Assembly: GCA_964385825.1 (NCBI GenBank)
Contig: CAYLPX010000003.1
Span: 37,559 to 101,558, forward strand
DNA length: 64,000 nt
Direction of reading: 5' to 3'
From: an uncultured Candidatus Saccharibacteria bacterium
Lineage (GTDB): Bacteria; Patescibacteriota; Minisyncoccia; Phycocordibacterales; JAKFXT01
Position 1 is the first letter of the stretch. Each line of letters starts with the position of its first letter. This document shows, piece by piece, positions 35,982 to 45,739 of the stretch. Made by a program: the position numbers and the translations under genes. The notes under the pieces are model-generated. The model worked only from the letters and a program-made list of their open reading frames with translations. It was not told where the DNA came from and searched no databases.

Positions 35982-37772
35982 ATGTGCGGAATTAACGGTT
36001 TTATCGGAAAAAACGAAGCAGAACTTCAGTCAATGAATGCGGCTCTTTTCCATCGCGGACCAGACTTTGAGGGTTCCTTTTTTGATGAACACATTTCTCT
36101 TGGCCACACCCTACTCTCTATACGCGATGTCACAGAAGCGTCAAAACAACCTTACTGTAAAGATACTTCTCCATGGGTACTTCTTTTCAATGGCCAAATC
36201 TATAACACCAAGGACCTTAAAAAAAAGCTTGATCCCTCTTATGCTGCTGTAGAACTTGATACAGCTATTCTATTCGGCATTATTGAAAAATATGGTTGGA
36301 ATTTTATAGACCATATACATGGCATGTACGCGATTACGCTCTACAACAAAGAAGAGGGGCTACTCAAACTGTATCGTGACCCGACCGGACAGAAAGGTTT
36401 GTATTATTACCATAAGAATAATGAACTTATCTTTAGTTCAGAAATAAAGGGAATACTAGCGCACAGTAATGTAAATAAGATGGTTGATGAGGAGGCGGTG
36501 TCTCTTTCACTTAACTTTGGCTATCTCTTTGGAAACAAAACCCTATTTTCATACATTAGAAAACTGGAACCATCTTCTTGTTTCTCGTACTCACTTAAAA
36601 CAAAGCAGTCCTCTTACTCCTTTTTTGAAAGCACTGCCCCCTCGTATTATGACAACGATCCAGAAAAAGCTTTTCAAAAACTAATTGATGAGCATTTGCT
36701 TAGTAAACAGGACGTGGCCATCAACCTTTCAGGAGGTCTTGATTCCTCCCTCCTATTCTTCCTTATGCAAAAAAATGGCCACCAAACAACTTCCTACACC
36801 ACCCGCTTTGATATACAAGAAGGAAACTTCAACCATGACGCTGATCTAGCAAAACAACTAGCAAAAGAGTACGGAGCCAACCACCGAGAAATACTGGTAA
36901 CAAAAGATTCGTATTTTGATAATTTTATAGAAAGCTATAGAACCATTGAGGAACCTAATTACAACGTATCCCTACCTACATACCTTATTACTGCAAAAAC
37001 CGAAGGAAGGAATGGTGACCATAAAAGAGTTATCCTCTCTGGGGACGGGGGCGACGAACTTTTCTGTGGCTACTCATACTACAAAACTGCAAACACTATG
37101 CAAAACCAAATGCGCTGGCTCACACCACCTCTCTATAATCTACTTAAGAACTATCGCAACCACACTTCATATGACTTCTCTCGTATGGAAGATAGGTGGT
37201 CGTTCTTCAAAAAGTTCACCAACCCACCAAGCACGCAAAACTTTAACCATAGAGAAGACATTGCAAAGGCCCTTCGCCCGCTATACGACCTTTACGCCAA
37301 CAAGGACAAAAAGGGAGCATACCCCATGATGTTCGCCGACAGATTTCTCTGGCTTCCAGGTGAAAACTTTATCCGAAGTGACAAACAATATATGAGTCAA
37401 TCCGTTGAACTACGCTCCCCACTTTCATATCACCCATTTCGCCTTCATTTTGATACACTACTAAAGAGCGACGAATACCGTGGGGAGACCATGAACAAGC
37501 TACTCCTCCGTCGCCTCTTTACTGACAAGCTCCCTGACTACATTACAAAACGTGCCGAAAAGACTGGCTGGCGGGCTCCGATAGAACACTGGTACGATAA
37601 GCGTTTTAAAAATCTTTTCCTCGCAATCATTAATAACAAACGTGAGGGTGGCATAGTCGACTGGCCACGCATTAAAAAACAGTTGGAAAGCAAGGACTCG
37701 TGGCCTGGGAAAAAGTTTCACCTTTATCTCTCACTCGCCATACTTGCTGACAACTACCAGATAGACCTATGA
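35982..37772 (+). CDS. asnB: Asparagine synthetase B-like glutamine-dependent amidotransferase
   Basis: N-terminal nucleophile MCGINGF and PP-loop SGGLDSS. 596 aa. Confidence 0.8.
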   Translation: MCGINGFIGKNEAELQSMNAALFHRGPDFEGSFFDEHISLGHTLLSIRDVTEASKQPYCKDTSPWVLLFNGQIYNTKDLKKKLDPSYAAVELDTAILFGIIEKYGWNFIDHIHGMYAITLYNKEEGLLKLYRDPTGQKGLYYYHKNNELIFSSEIKGILAHSNVNKMVDEEAVSLSLNFGYLFGNKTLFSYIRKLEPSSCFSYSLKTKQSSYSFFESTAPSYYDNDPEKAFQKLIDEHLLSKQDVAINLSGGLDSSLLFFLMQKNGHQTTSYTTRFDIQEGNFNHDADLAKQLAKEYGANHREILVTKDSYFDNFIESYRTIEEPNYNVSLPTYLITAKTEGRNGDHKRVILSGDGGDELFCGYSYYKTANTMQNQMRWLTPPLYNLLKNYRNHTSYDFSRMEDRWSFFKKFTNPPSTQNFNHREDIAKALRPLYDLYANKDKKGAYPMMFADRFLWLPGENFIRSDKQYMSQSVELRSPLSYHPFRLHFDTLLKSDEYRGETMNKLLLRRLFTDKLPDYITKRAEKTGWRAPIEHWYDKRFKNLFLAIINNKREGGIVDWPRIKKQLESKDSWPGKKFHLYLSLAILADNYQIDL

Positions 37773-38623
37773 AGAAAGGATTCTTTATTCAAGCCAACAA
37801 AAAGCAAATACTTGGTGCCTATTTAGCTAAGTACGCTTTTGAGAAAACATACAAAGGTTCTGATCCTATACCAGTTACTATCATGCTGGTTGAGGACATA
37901 CCCATCTTCCAAAAATTCTCTAACAGCTCTTTTATTCGTAAGGCTGGAACTGGTGATATAAGAAAAATAGATGGAAATGATTTACAGTCTTTTACCCTCA
38001 CGCGTTTTATGCCACCCGAACTGATGGGTTTTGAAGGGCGAGCCGTCGTCATAGATCCAGATATTTTTGCCCTAAAAGACATTAGTGAACTATATGAAAT
38101 GAACTTGGGTAGTGCACACCTTGCTGCTTGCCGCAAAAAAGATGCTTGGGATTCTAGTGTTATGGTGCTCGACTGTGCCAAGCTTACTTCTTGGAGAGTT
38201 GAGAACTGGCTAGATAAACTTTCAAACGGAGAAATAGACTATGACAGCATCATGACAATCAAGAATGAACATAATGTGCTTGAGATTCCGAGAAAATGGA
38301 ATAACCTTGATATGCTAAGTGAGGATACCTACATGCTCCACACTACCAACCGCATTACTCAACCATGGCGTACCGGACTTCCTATAGACTTCACACGTAA
38401 CCCCATGCCCAAATACTTTGGCCTTATTCCCCGTGAACCAATACACAAACTGCTTGGCAAATATAAAACCACCTACCAACCTCACCCTGATAAAAAAATT
38501 GAAAACTGGTTCCTAAGTCTTGTTAAAGATGCACTTGCTGACGGGGCTATCACCAAAGAGCAGGTTCAGCATGAAGTGAATGAAGGACATGTCCGAAAAG
38601 ACATTTTTGAGATTGTAAAATAA
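37769..38623 (+). CDS. Hypothetical protein with DxD-containing region (possible GT-A-like nucleotide-sugar transferase), translationally coupled to asnB
   Basis: ATGA start/stop overlap with asnB. VVIDPDIF DxD-like motif. No confident family. Confidence 0.4.
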   Translation: MKKGFFIQANKKQILGAYLAKYAFEKTYKGSDPIPVTIMLVEDIPIFQKFSNSSFIRKAGTGDIRKIDGNDLQSFTLTRFMPPELMGFEGRAVVIDPDIFALKDISELYEMNLGSAHLAACRKKDAWDSSVMVLDCAKLTSWRVENWLDKLSNGEIDYDSIMTIKNEHNVLEIPRKWNNLDMLSEDTYMLHTTNRITQPWRTGLPIDFTRNPMPKYFGLIPREPIHKLLGKYKTTYQPHPDKKIENWFLSLVKDALADGAITKEQVQHEVNEGHVRKDIFEIVK

Positions 38624-38742
38624 CTCTAACAACTGTCTTAAGGCCCAAAAGGAATTTTAGGAAATCGTAGACTTTTCATGAAATAAACGTATTATTTACC
38701 TGGGTAAATGTAACTAAATACAATCCGTACCAAGGGGGAATC

Positions 38743-39096
38743 ATGGAACCCAGACTAAGTGGTGATGAAAATGCGGAGATAAAGAAGGTAGTTCAGCTCT
38801 CGTGGGTGGCCCCACTCGGCCTTGCCCTCCTTCTCTTTTTTTTCCTAATCGGGTTGATTTATGAATCACTAAAACCAACCTTCAGTATTTGCGGTGTTCT
38901 TGAATCCCACTCACGAGAGTCTTATTCACGGGAAACAAGAATTCAATTCAAAAATGGAGAAAACGTAGTCCTATACCGACTCTTCAAAACAGATCTTGTT
39001 GTGGGAAGAAAGTATCGTGTTGTATACCAACCCGCGGGGCATGAAAATCGACTTAACTTCGCCCAAAAGTTTACTGAGGTTGAGTCATGTCAGTAA
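38743..39096 (+). CDS. Small membrane protein (117 aa)
   Basis: Single TM (LGLALLLFFFLIGLIY) and a short soluble domain. Followed by a strong terminator. Confidence 0.4.
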   Translation: MEPRLSGDENAEIKKVVQLSWVAPLGLALLLFFFLIGLIYESLKPTFSICGVLESHSRESYSRETRIQFKNGENVVLYRLFKTDLVVGRKYRVVYQPAGHENRLNFAQKFTEVESCQ

Positions 39097-39119
39097 AAAA
39101 TACTACCCCTTTAGTAAAA

Positions 39120-39150
39120 CCTGGCCCACGCTTGCGTGGGCCGTTTTTTA
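39120..39150. terminator. Bidirectional rho-independent terminator
   Basis: ggcccacgcttgcgtgggcc (8-9-bp GC stem) followed by tttttt. Lies between convergent genes. Confidence 0.55.
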
Positions 39151-39151
39151 T

Positions 39152-39550
39152 TTACCCAATAGATTTTGATTTAAAATACCCCAGAAGAATTTCTCTAATG
39201 TGTGGTGGCATACTTATATGCTCTATCTCCTCTTGGTTAAAATACCCAAGTCCACGACCTTCATAAAGGGTGAATGGTTCGTTAAAATCTTCAATACGCG
39301 AGAGAAAAACTGCGCGCTCCGTCTCCTCATTACTGTACGTATTAAAATACTCTCCCCCATCTTTCAAAAAGTCTCGCTGTAGTTCTTCTTTATACTCCCT
39401 CATTATCGCCTCCTCCATTGTCTCCCCTTCTTCTACTGAGCCACCAAAGAGGTTCCAGTTACCTGGAAAACGAGGGGCGTCGTATGTCTTTTGTTGCAGT
39501 AATACTAACCCCTTACTATCACGTGGAATAATAAGTGCTACTTTTCTCAT
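39152..39550 (-). CDS. NUDIX hydrolase
   Basis: Nudix box GGSVEEGETMEEAIMREYKEELQ. Confidence 0.75.
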   Translation of the reverse strand: MRKVALIIPRDSKGLVLLQQKTYDAPRFPGNWNLFGGSVEEGETMEEAIMREYKEELQRDFLKDGGEYFNTYSNEETERAVFLSRIEDFNEPFTLYEGRGLGYFNQEEIEHISMPPHIREILLGYFKSKSIG

Positions 39551-39553
39551 ATA

Positions 39554-40219
39554 TTATTTCCTTGTTACTTTTGCAAGTGTCAGTTCTAACTTCCCCCAAT
39601 TAGGGTTATAGAAAATATCAAGAATAGGGAGGATTTCTACAGTAAACTTATTCCTATCTATAGCATCAACAATTGGCTTAGATCCATCTTTTCTATTGAG
39701 CCAGTAATCATCAAATATAACTGCCGTCTTATCGTGCATTAATTTTTCGCTCCATTCCCAATCATTTTTAATCGTCTCATAGCTATGTCCTCCATCAATA
39801 AAAATAACATCCATCTTTGGTAATGTCGGAACTGCTTCCGGCATACTTTGGAGTGTGTTGCCTTTTATAAGCGTAATACGGGCTCCGGTTTTTTCCAGCC
39901 GCTCTTTAATGGCAACTTCGGGGAGCGGCTGCTTTGATATTTCATATGCGTACTGCTTCTCATCCATTGGCTCAAAAAGATCAAACCCTGTATAGGAAAT
40001 ATCACTAGGGTTATGTTTTTTGAGTGCGGCCTCAATCATTTGGAGTCCTCGCTTGCCGCGATACGTGCCAATCTCCATCAACTGCTTAGCTTCCAGATTT
40101 TCAATAGTTTGAAAAATCTGGTCATACCGATTCGGTCTACCCCCATATAAACCTAAGGCTTTTCGGATAAAAGCCTTCGCTGTTTTTATGAAAATTTCAA
40201 GAGCGCTATGATTGTTCAT
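39554..40219 (-). CDS. Class I SAM-dependent O-methyltransferase (Methyltransf_24 / TylF-like)
   Basis: MEIGTYRGKRG motif I and FIDGGHSYE. Start set at Met 40219 (the ORF-track start 40276 would overlap the upstream GT by 71 nt). Confidence 0.55.
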   Translation of the reverse strand: MNNHSALEIFIKTAKAFIRKALGLYGGRPNRYDQIFQTIENLEAKQLMEIGTYRGKRGLQMIEAALKKHNPSDISYTGFDLFEPMDEKQYAYEISKQPLPEVAIKERLEKTGARITLIKGNTLQSMPEAVPTLPKMDVIFIDGGHSYETIKNDWEWSEKLMHDKTAVIFDDYWLNRKDGSKPIVDAIDRNKFTVEILPILDIFYNPNWGKLELTLAKVTRK

Positions 40220-41327
40220 AAGCCGCAAGATGTAAATCAACTGTCTTCTCCCAGGTAAACTCTTTTTGGAACTCAATTGAATTTCTACCGAACTCTTCTT
40301 CTTTTCCAGAGAGGATCATATCAATCTTATTCGCAATATCCTGGCTGTCGTGTTGTGTCACCAAATAACCATTGAACCCATCACGGAAGGCCTCTTCCGT
40401 ACCATTGTCTCTACTACCAACTACCGGCTTACCGAATTGCTCTGCTTCTAGAAAAACAATCCCGAAACCTTCAAATGATTCTTCCATACTATTACTTGCC
40501 ATTACGAACATATTTGCCGTTTGATAGAAAAAGGCTAGGTCTTCATCACTTTTTGCATCAGTTACGATACGCATATGCTTCTCAATATTTTTTTCTTTCG
40601 CGTAGGAAAGCATAGAATCAACATACACCTTGTTATCTTTCACTGATCCAACCATGCAGTAGAGAATTGAGGGATACTTTTCTTTCAAAATATCTATCGC
40701 CTTTAGCACATCAAAATGCCCTTTACGCTGCTTTAATTGTCCAACCGTTAGGATAATAGGGTGCTCATCTTTAATATTGAACTTTTCACGTAACGTCACT
40801 AGTCTCTCAGGCGAAACTTTTGGTAGCGGTGTTGAGCCCCAATGAACTAAAGTAAAATTAGAAACCTTTATCTTTTCGAGCATTCTCTTCTTGGTATACT
40901 CTGACATAACAAAAATACGCGCAGTCCGCTTCAGTGCCCTCGTTAAGAAAAAACGCTTTAGTACATAGTTAAACGGGACCACAGAATAAGTTCCAACTCC
41001 TGTAACAAATAATTTCTTATTTGTCCCAAGTACTGCTCCATAGCCATAGAGGAGAAATGGCCAAAGATCAAACGCATGAACAACGTCCACATCTTTTGCC
41101 AAACGTCGCGCAGTTAGTATATTTTTAAAAACAGAAATAAAGGAAAGTTTAGCGTGGAGTTCCGAATACTCTTTGCAATTACCCTCTACGACCGCCTCAC
41201 CATCTTTTTTATAAGTCAGAACAGAAGTTCTGTGACCCCGCCGTGCAGTCTCAAAGCACACCGAACGAGCATAACGTCCCCAGCCAGAATTCGGCAACAT
41301 ATTCACAGTTATAGCTAAAACACGCAT
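40206..41327 (-). CDS. Glycosyltransferase family 4 (GT-B, Glycos_transf_1)
   Basis: N-terminal GT4 domain plus C-terminal E...E motif region (FEGFGIVFLEAEQFGKPVV). Confidence 0.8.
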   Translation of the reverse strand: MRVLAITVNMLPNSGWGRYARSVCFETARRGHRTSVLTYKKDGEAVVEGNCKEYSELHAKLSFISVFKNILTARRLAKDVDVVHAFDLWPFLLYGYGAVLGTNKKLFVTGVGTYSVVPFNYVLKRFFLTRALKRTARIFVMSEYTKKRMLEKIKVSNFTLVHWGSTPLPKVSPERLVTLREKFNIKDEHPIILTVGQLKQRKGHFDVLKAIDILKEKYPSILYCMVGSVKDNKVYVDSMLSYAKEKNIEKHMRIVTDAKSDEDLAFFYQTANMFVMASNSMEESFEGFGIVFLEAEQFGKPVVGSRDNGTEEAFRDGFNGYLVTQHDSQDIANKIDMILSGKEEEFGRNSIEFQKEFTWEKTVDLHLAAYEQS

Positions 41328-41401
41328 AAGAATTGGAAACAGTATAGCAAACTTGTATTGTAAAGTCTTGAATTATTGGTCCTTTCTGTTACCATGAAAT
41401 T

Positions 41402-42379
41402 ATGACGAAAATCAAAAAATTACTCTCCAAAATTGTTAATGCTAAGCCAACCATGTTCTCCTCGTCAGTTGCGTTAAATATTTGTGGCTACCATTTTGTA
41501 AGAATCTTCGCCTTCTACCTCCACCGCAAAGTGCGCATCCCGCAAACCATTGATCCTCGTTTTGCATCATATATAAAAACTATAGACGATGAAGGAATGG
41601 TTGCTATACCCAACTTCTTTTCACCTACTGATTACGAGAAGATCAAAAACGCCTATGACAGGCTAACACCACAGTTTGAGGATGATCCTTCAGAAATTCC
41701 GATTCCCCGTGTTAACCGACTTTTCTTGTGGGACAAACGATTCCCCAAAGATGTTGCCGAGTTATTCGTAAAAAATGAAGCCATAGGTGCCGTTGCTCGC
41801 GGCTATCTTAATAGGGTTCCACGACTTCCCATGCAAGCTGACTTCACAAGGATTTCCTGCAAAGAATCTGAGATTAATCTTCCAAGTAATGGTGGGACCA
41901 ACAACATACACTTTGATGCGCCACTACGAGTACTAAAAGCTTTTTACTTCATTACCGATACCGATGAGAATAATGCTGCCTTCCGTTTCGTGAAAGGTTC
42001 TCATAAACGAAACACTTTGAAGCGACTCCTTCTTGAATACAAAATGAGTATTCGCTATGCGCTTAACAAATATAACCCTAACCATGGCGGCGAATATCTT
42101 GATAACGAGCCTTGGGTAAAGCTCTCACAAAGGGAAGTTGATGAGCATAACCTTGAACCCGTTCCGATGCCTGTAAAAGGCAATACCATTGTTCTTGCCG
42201 ATGTTGGCGCCTTCCATCGCCGTGGCTCGTTTCTAAAGGAGGGAGTTCGCGACGCTCTTGAGATTAATTTCCGAAGTGTAGAGACGCTCCACAATGATTT
42301 CTACCCTCTTATTACATGGCTAAAAAGATTAACCGGGACTAAACAGTCAAACAGCATCATTCGCGAAGCAACTTATTAA
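41402..42379 (+). CDS. Phytanoyl-CoA dioxygenase (PhyH)-like Fe(II)/2OG oxygenase
   Basis: HxD (IHFDAP) and distal His/Arg (GAFHRRG) spacing as in the PhyH family. Confidence 0.55.
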   Translation: MTKIKKLLSKIVNAKPTMFSSSVALNICGYHFVRIFAFYLHRKVRIPQTIDPRFASYIKTIDDEGMVAIPNFFSPTDYEKIKNAYDRLTPQFEDDPSEIPIPRVNRLFLWDKRFPKDVAELFVKNEAIGAVARGYLNRVPRLPMQADFTRISCKESEINLPSNGGTNNIHFDAPLRVLKAFYFITDTDENNAAFRFVKGSHKRNTLKRLLLEYKMSIRYALNKYNPNHGGEYLDNEPWVKLSQREVDEHNLEPVPMPVKGNTIVLADVGAFHRRGSFLKEGVRDALEINFRSVETLHNDFYPLITWLKRLTGTKQSNSIIREATY

Positions 42380-42384
42380 AACCC

Positions 42385-43371
42385 CTATTCGTCTAACCGA
42401 GGGTTTGCCACGTACCACTCTATGGTTTTTTTAAGCCCCTCCTCTATAGTGGTCTTAGGTTCCCATCCTATATCATTTTTAATTTTATGTAATGAAGAGA
42501 GCCGTCTATTCACACTTCCTTTAAGTCCCGGCTTTCCATCAAACTTCTTAGGTTCCCAGCCCATAAGCTTGCAGATGGTTAATGCTAGGTTTATACCCTT
42601 CTTTTCCTCCTGTGAACCAACATGATAAATATGCCCATCGGTCTTTTCTGACTCCATGATGCGCACCATAGCATCAACCGCATCATCAATATAACAATAG
42701 GAACGCTTTTCCTGTTCGCCATGAAGGGGAAAAGGATCTTTCCTATCTATGGAACGCAAAATAAACTCTGGAATCACATGTTCATATCCTTCACGTGGGC
42801 CAAAAAAATTGTGTGGCCTTACAATAGACATACGAAACTTGTATGCATTCGCATAATGGATAAATAATTGCTCACCGATTATTTTAGCTCCCGCATAAGA
42901 CCATCGTGGATTAAATACATCGGGTATAACGAGTGGGACATTTTCTGGTGTTGGAATCTGAAGCACATTAAATGACTCCCTCGCGCCACCATACGCCTCA
43001 CACGATGAGGTGAATATAATCTTCCCATCTTTATTTTTCGTACGAAACCACTCAAGAGCATTAATATTCATAAGTGTATCGCTACGCAATATTTCATGTG
43101 GCATGGTATAAAAACGCCTGGTACCGTTAACTGCCGCCAAATGATACACATAGTCATACCCCTCCCCCACCTTTTCCCACGACTCTTTTTCTGCCAAATC
43201 AAGTACAAGTAGAGAAACTCGTGGATGCTCCAGTAACGCTTCAAAAGTCTTATCTCGTATGCCCCGAGAAAAATCGTCCACAATAACAACTGTATGTCCG
43301 TCGTCCAATACTCGCTTGGCTACATGATACCCAATGAATCCCGCGCCACCTGTAATAAGAATCTTTTTCAT
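42385..43371 (-). CDS. NAD-dependent nucleotide-sugar epimerase/dehydratase (extended SDR)
   Basis: TGGAGFIGYHV Rossmann motif and YAGAK catalytic dyad. Confidence 0.8.
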   Translation of the reverse strand: MKKILITGGAGFIGYHVAKRVLDDGHTVVIVDDFSRGIRDKTFEALLEHPRVSLLVLDLAEKESWEKVGEGYDYVYHLAAVNGTRRFYTMPHEILRSDTLMNINALEWFRTKNKDGKIIFTSSCEAYGGARESFNVLQIPTPENVPLVIPDVFNPRWSYAGAKIIGEQLFIHYANAYKFRMSIVRPHNFFGPREGYEHVIPEFILRSIDRKDPFPLHGEQEKRSYCYIDDAVDAMVRIMESEKTDGHIYHVGSQEEKKGINLALTICKLMGWEPKKFDGKPGLKGSVNRRLSSLHKIKNDIGWEPKTTIEEGLKKTIEWYVANPRLDE

Positions 43372-43372
43372 A

Positions 43373-44296
43373 TTATGTAAAATGTTTTGTAATACTGTGC
43401 CAAAGAGCCTTTAGCGCCACCTTACCTGATATATGTCGATCGGGCCACTCCGAAAACCACTCTGGCATTGAGGGATACTGTTTTTCAATTTCCTGATGAG
43501 CCATATTTGATTTATACACTCCTTCAATCAGAGAAACATCCTTACCCTTCTTCTTGTACCAATTAAAAAAAGCTCGCGTGTCCTTTGGCAAACAGTGCCC
43601 CCCGAAACTTTTTCCATAGCGCATATAGAAACGGTGGTTGAACATAAAGTTAGTTACCCGCTCTATCGACTGCAAGCTTTCTTTGGAATTTGGTGATCCC
43701 ATAGTATTACCGAACTCATTCACAAAAGCTATACGGACCGAGTTCCAAATATTCGAAAGATATTTGATATATGAAGCCTCCTCCGGTGTTCCAGTAAATA
43801 CTTTATGAGCCTTCTCTCTCCATATTGTAAAAAAAGAAGGCTCTTCTTTTTCAGTATTACTACCCACGATAAAGAAAAATGGTTCAATACTTTCTTCAAC
43901 TGCTTTTTTCTCATGTAAAAACTCAGGTACATAAAAATCAAAAGAAAGATCTTTGAGAAGATCCGGTAAAACCGTAGAGCGTAAAACAACTTTACCTTTT
44001 GCGTCCTCAAGTGAAAGGAGGGCTGATTTTATTAGAGAAATATCTTGCACCCCCTCCTCGGACACCCTATCTCCTACGGACACAACGTAACAAGTGTTAT
44101 CGCTATCCTTTTCAAGAACGTTCGTAAGTGCTGGGATAGTGTTATATACCTTCTCATACTTATTTTTATAGTGAAGGACGGGGGCCTGGTTCACATCAAA
44201 AAAAGAAACAGAATAACCCATCATCTTTAAAGATAATGCGTTCGCTTGTCCAACCCAGCCATAGCCAACAACAACAATTTCTTCCTTATTAGGCAT
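43373..44296 (-). CDS. UDP-glucose/GDP-mannose dehydrogenase family protein (short form, 307 aa)
   Basis: NAD-binding VVVGYGWVGQ and catalytic-Cys motif GGHCLPKD. Lacks most of the usual C-terminal UDP-binding domain. Confidence 0.6.
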   Translation of the reverse strand: MPNKEEIVVVGYGWVGQANALSLKMMGYSVSFFDVNQAPVLHYKNKYEKVYNTIPALTNVLEKDSDNTCYVVSVGDRVSEEGVQDISLIKSALLSLEDAKGKVVLRSTVLPDLLKDLSFDFYVPEFLHEKKAVEESIEPFFFIVGSNTEKEEPSFFTIWREKAHKVFTGTPEEASYIKYLSNIWNSVRIAFVNEFGNTMGSPNSKESLQSIERVTNFMFNHRFYMRYGKSFGGHCLPKDTRAFFNWYKKKGKDVSLIEGVYKSNMAHQEIEKQYPSMPEWFSEWPDRHISGKVALKALWHSITKHFT

Positions 44297-44367
44297 GCTT
44301 TTATTTTATTAAGATATATAAACCTATAACCCCACGTAGAACCTTAAAGTCACGCTAGGAAATAAGG

Positions 44368-45006
44368 CTAAAGCCGTATCATAAACTGTCTATTTTTTTC
44401 CGTCACGGTGAGGCCTTTCTCTTTAGCAAATTGGTCCACCGCCTGCCTTACCTCATCTATATGGTAATCATCGCCACACAGAAGTCCCCCCTTCTTTACC
44501 TTGGGATAATAATTCTGCAAATCTAGCACCACCTGCTTGTATGAATGATCCCCATCAATATACAGAAAATCAAAAAAATCATTGGGGAAGTCGAGCACAG
44601 CATCGTCTGATGTTTTGCGAACAATAACTACCTGCCCTCTCGTAATCTGACTTTCAAATTTTTCTGCTACAGTATTATGTCGTATGTCTTGCGCTTTTTG
44701 AGAATATTTCTCTTCTGTTCGATCTGGTATCCCCTTCCATGGATCAATAAGGTATAGCTTCTTTGGTTTACCAATACGCACTATGCGCTCTGCAAAAATA
44801 CCATTATAGGTTCCAATCTCACCTGCAACACTATCCCTTTTCATCATGCGCACCAAAAAGTCTCGCGGGTATGGAAGATATGGGTTAACTAAAAGATATA
44901 CCCACTTAAGGTACGGCTTGAGTGCTCTTCCTATAGGGTTAGTGTTGGCAAAATCCTTAAGATCTTTCTGGATTTTGTAGTCGTTTTTGTAGAATTTTGG
45001 AGCCAT
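44368..45006 (-). CDS. Class I SAM-dependent O-methyltransferase (Methyltransf_24 / TylF-MycF-like)
   Basis: GEIGTYNG and YIDGDHSY motifs. Start set at Met 45006 (MAPKFYKN...) to avoid overlap with the upstream gene. Confidence 0.55.
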   Translation of the reverse strand: MAPKFYKNDYKIQKDLKDFANTNPIGRALKPYLKWVYLLVNPYLPYPRDFLVRMMKRDSVAGEIGTYNGIFAERIVRIGKPKKLYLIDPWKGIPDRTEEKYSQKAQDIRHNTVAEKFESQITRGQVVIVRKTSDDAVLDFPNDFFDFLYIDGDHSYKQVVLDLQNYYPKVKKGGLLCGDDYHIDEVRQAVDQFAKEKGLTVTEKNRQFMIRL

Positions 45007-45049
45007 GTGAGTCACAGTATAGTATGAAGAAGTAGATTTAAAAAGCCCC

Positions 45050-45739
45050 TTACATGCGAGTAACCAAAAAGTGAAAAGTGTCAAAATAGACCGTTCGTAA
45101 AATCTTATAGAACATAAGTAATATAGATCGTATAAGGAGATTTTTGTATTTTTCTTTAATTTTCTTTTCACGAATATCTATCGCCATAAAGCCTACCCCT
45201 TTAAATAAAGTTTTAGCCTCGTTATAGGTAGTGTAGTGCATTTCGCTCAATTTTTGTCTTCCCGCCTCTCCCCCCTCATTCTTTCCTCTCTCCAGGAACC
45301 TTATCACCATCTCGGACCATGCTCGAGGCATCCAGTTTATACCGTAGAGATGATAGTGAGGGTCTTTGAAACCAAAACGGTTTGGGATACTGACATACGC
45401 TTTCCCACCCTTAATGAGCACCCTATTGAGTTCCTCTAAAACCTTAACTGGATTCTCTACATGCTCCAGCACTTCCGATAGATTAGCAAAAGTAAATTCA
45501 CTGTTACCAAAAGGGAGTTTTTCTCCAACCCCTTCCGTAATCACAACCCGAACACCTGCCTCACTTGCCAGCCCCTGCGCTTCTTTGATATAGGCTGGGT
45601 TGAGCTCAAGTCCAACCCCATTCCCTCCTCGCTTAGTTAATGCAATGAGAAACCTTCCCCTCCCCGCCCCAAGATCAAGAACCTTATCAGTAAGTAAGGT
45701 AGGGACCAATCTCAATAATTCAGTAATGTGTTTATCCAT
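45050..45739 (-). CDS. Class I SAM-dependent methyltransferase
   Basis: VLDLGAGRGRF motif I and VLEHVENP. Confidence 0.7.
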   Translation of the reverse strand: MDKHITELLRLVPTLLTDKVLDLGAGRGRFLIALTKRGGNGVGLELNPAYIKEAQGLASEAGVRVVITEGVGEKLPFGNSEFTFANLSEVLEHVENPVKVLEELNRVLIKGGKAYVSIPNRFGFKDPHYHLYGINWMPRAWSEMVIRFLERGKNEGGEAGRQKLSEMHYTTYNEAKTLFKGVGFMAIDIREKKIKEKYKNLLIRSILLMFYKILRTVYFDTFHFLVTRM

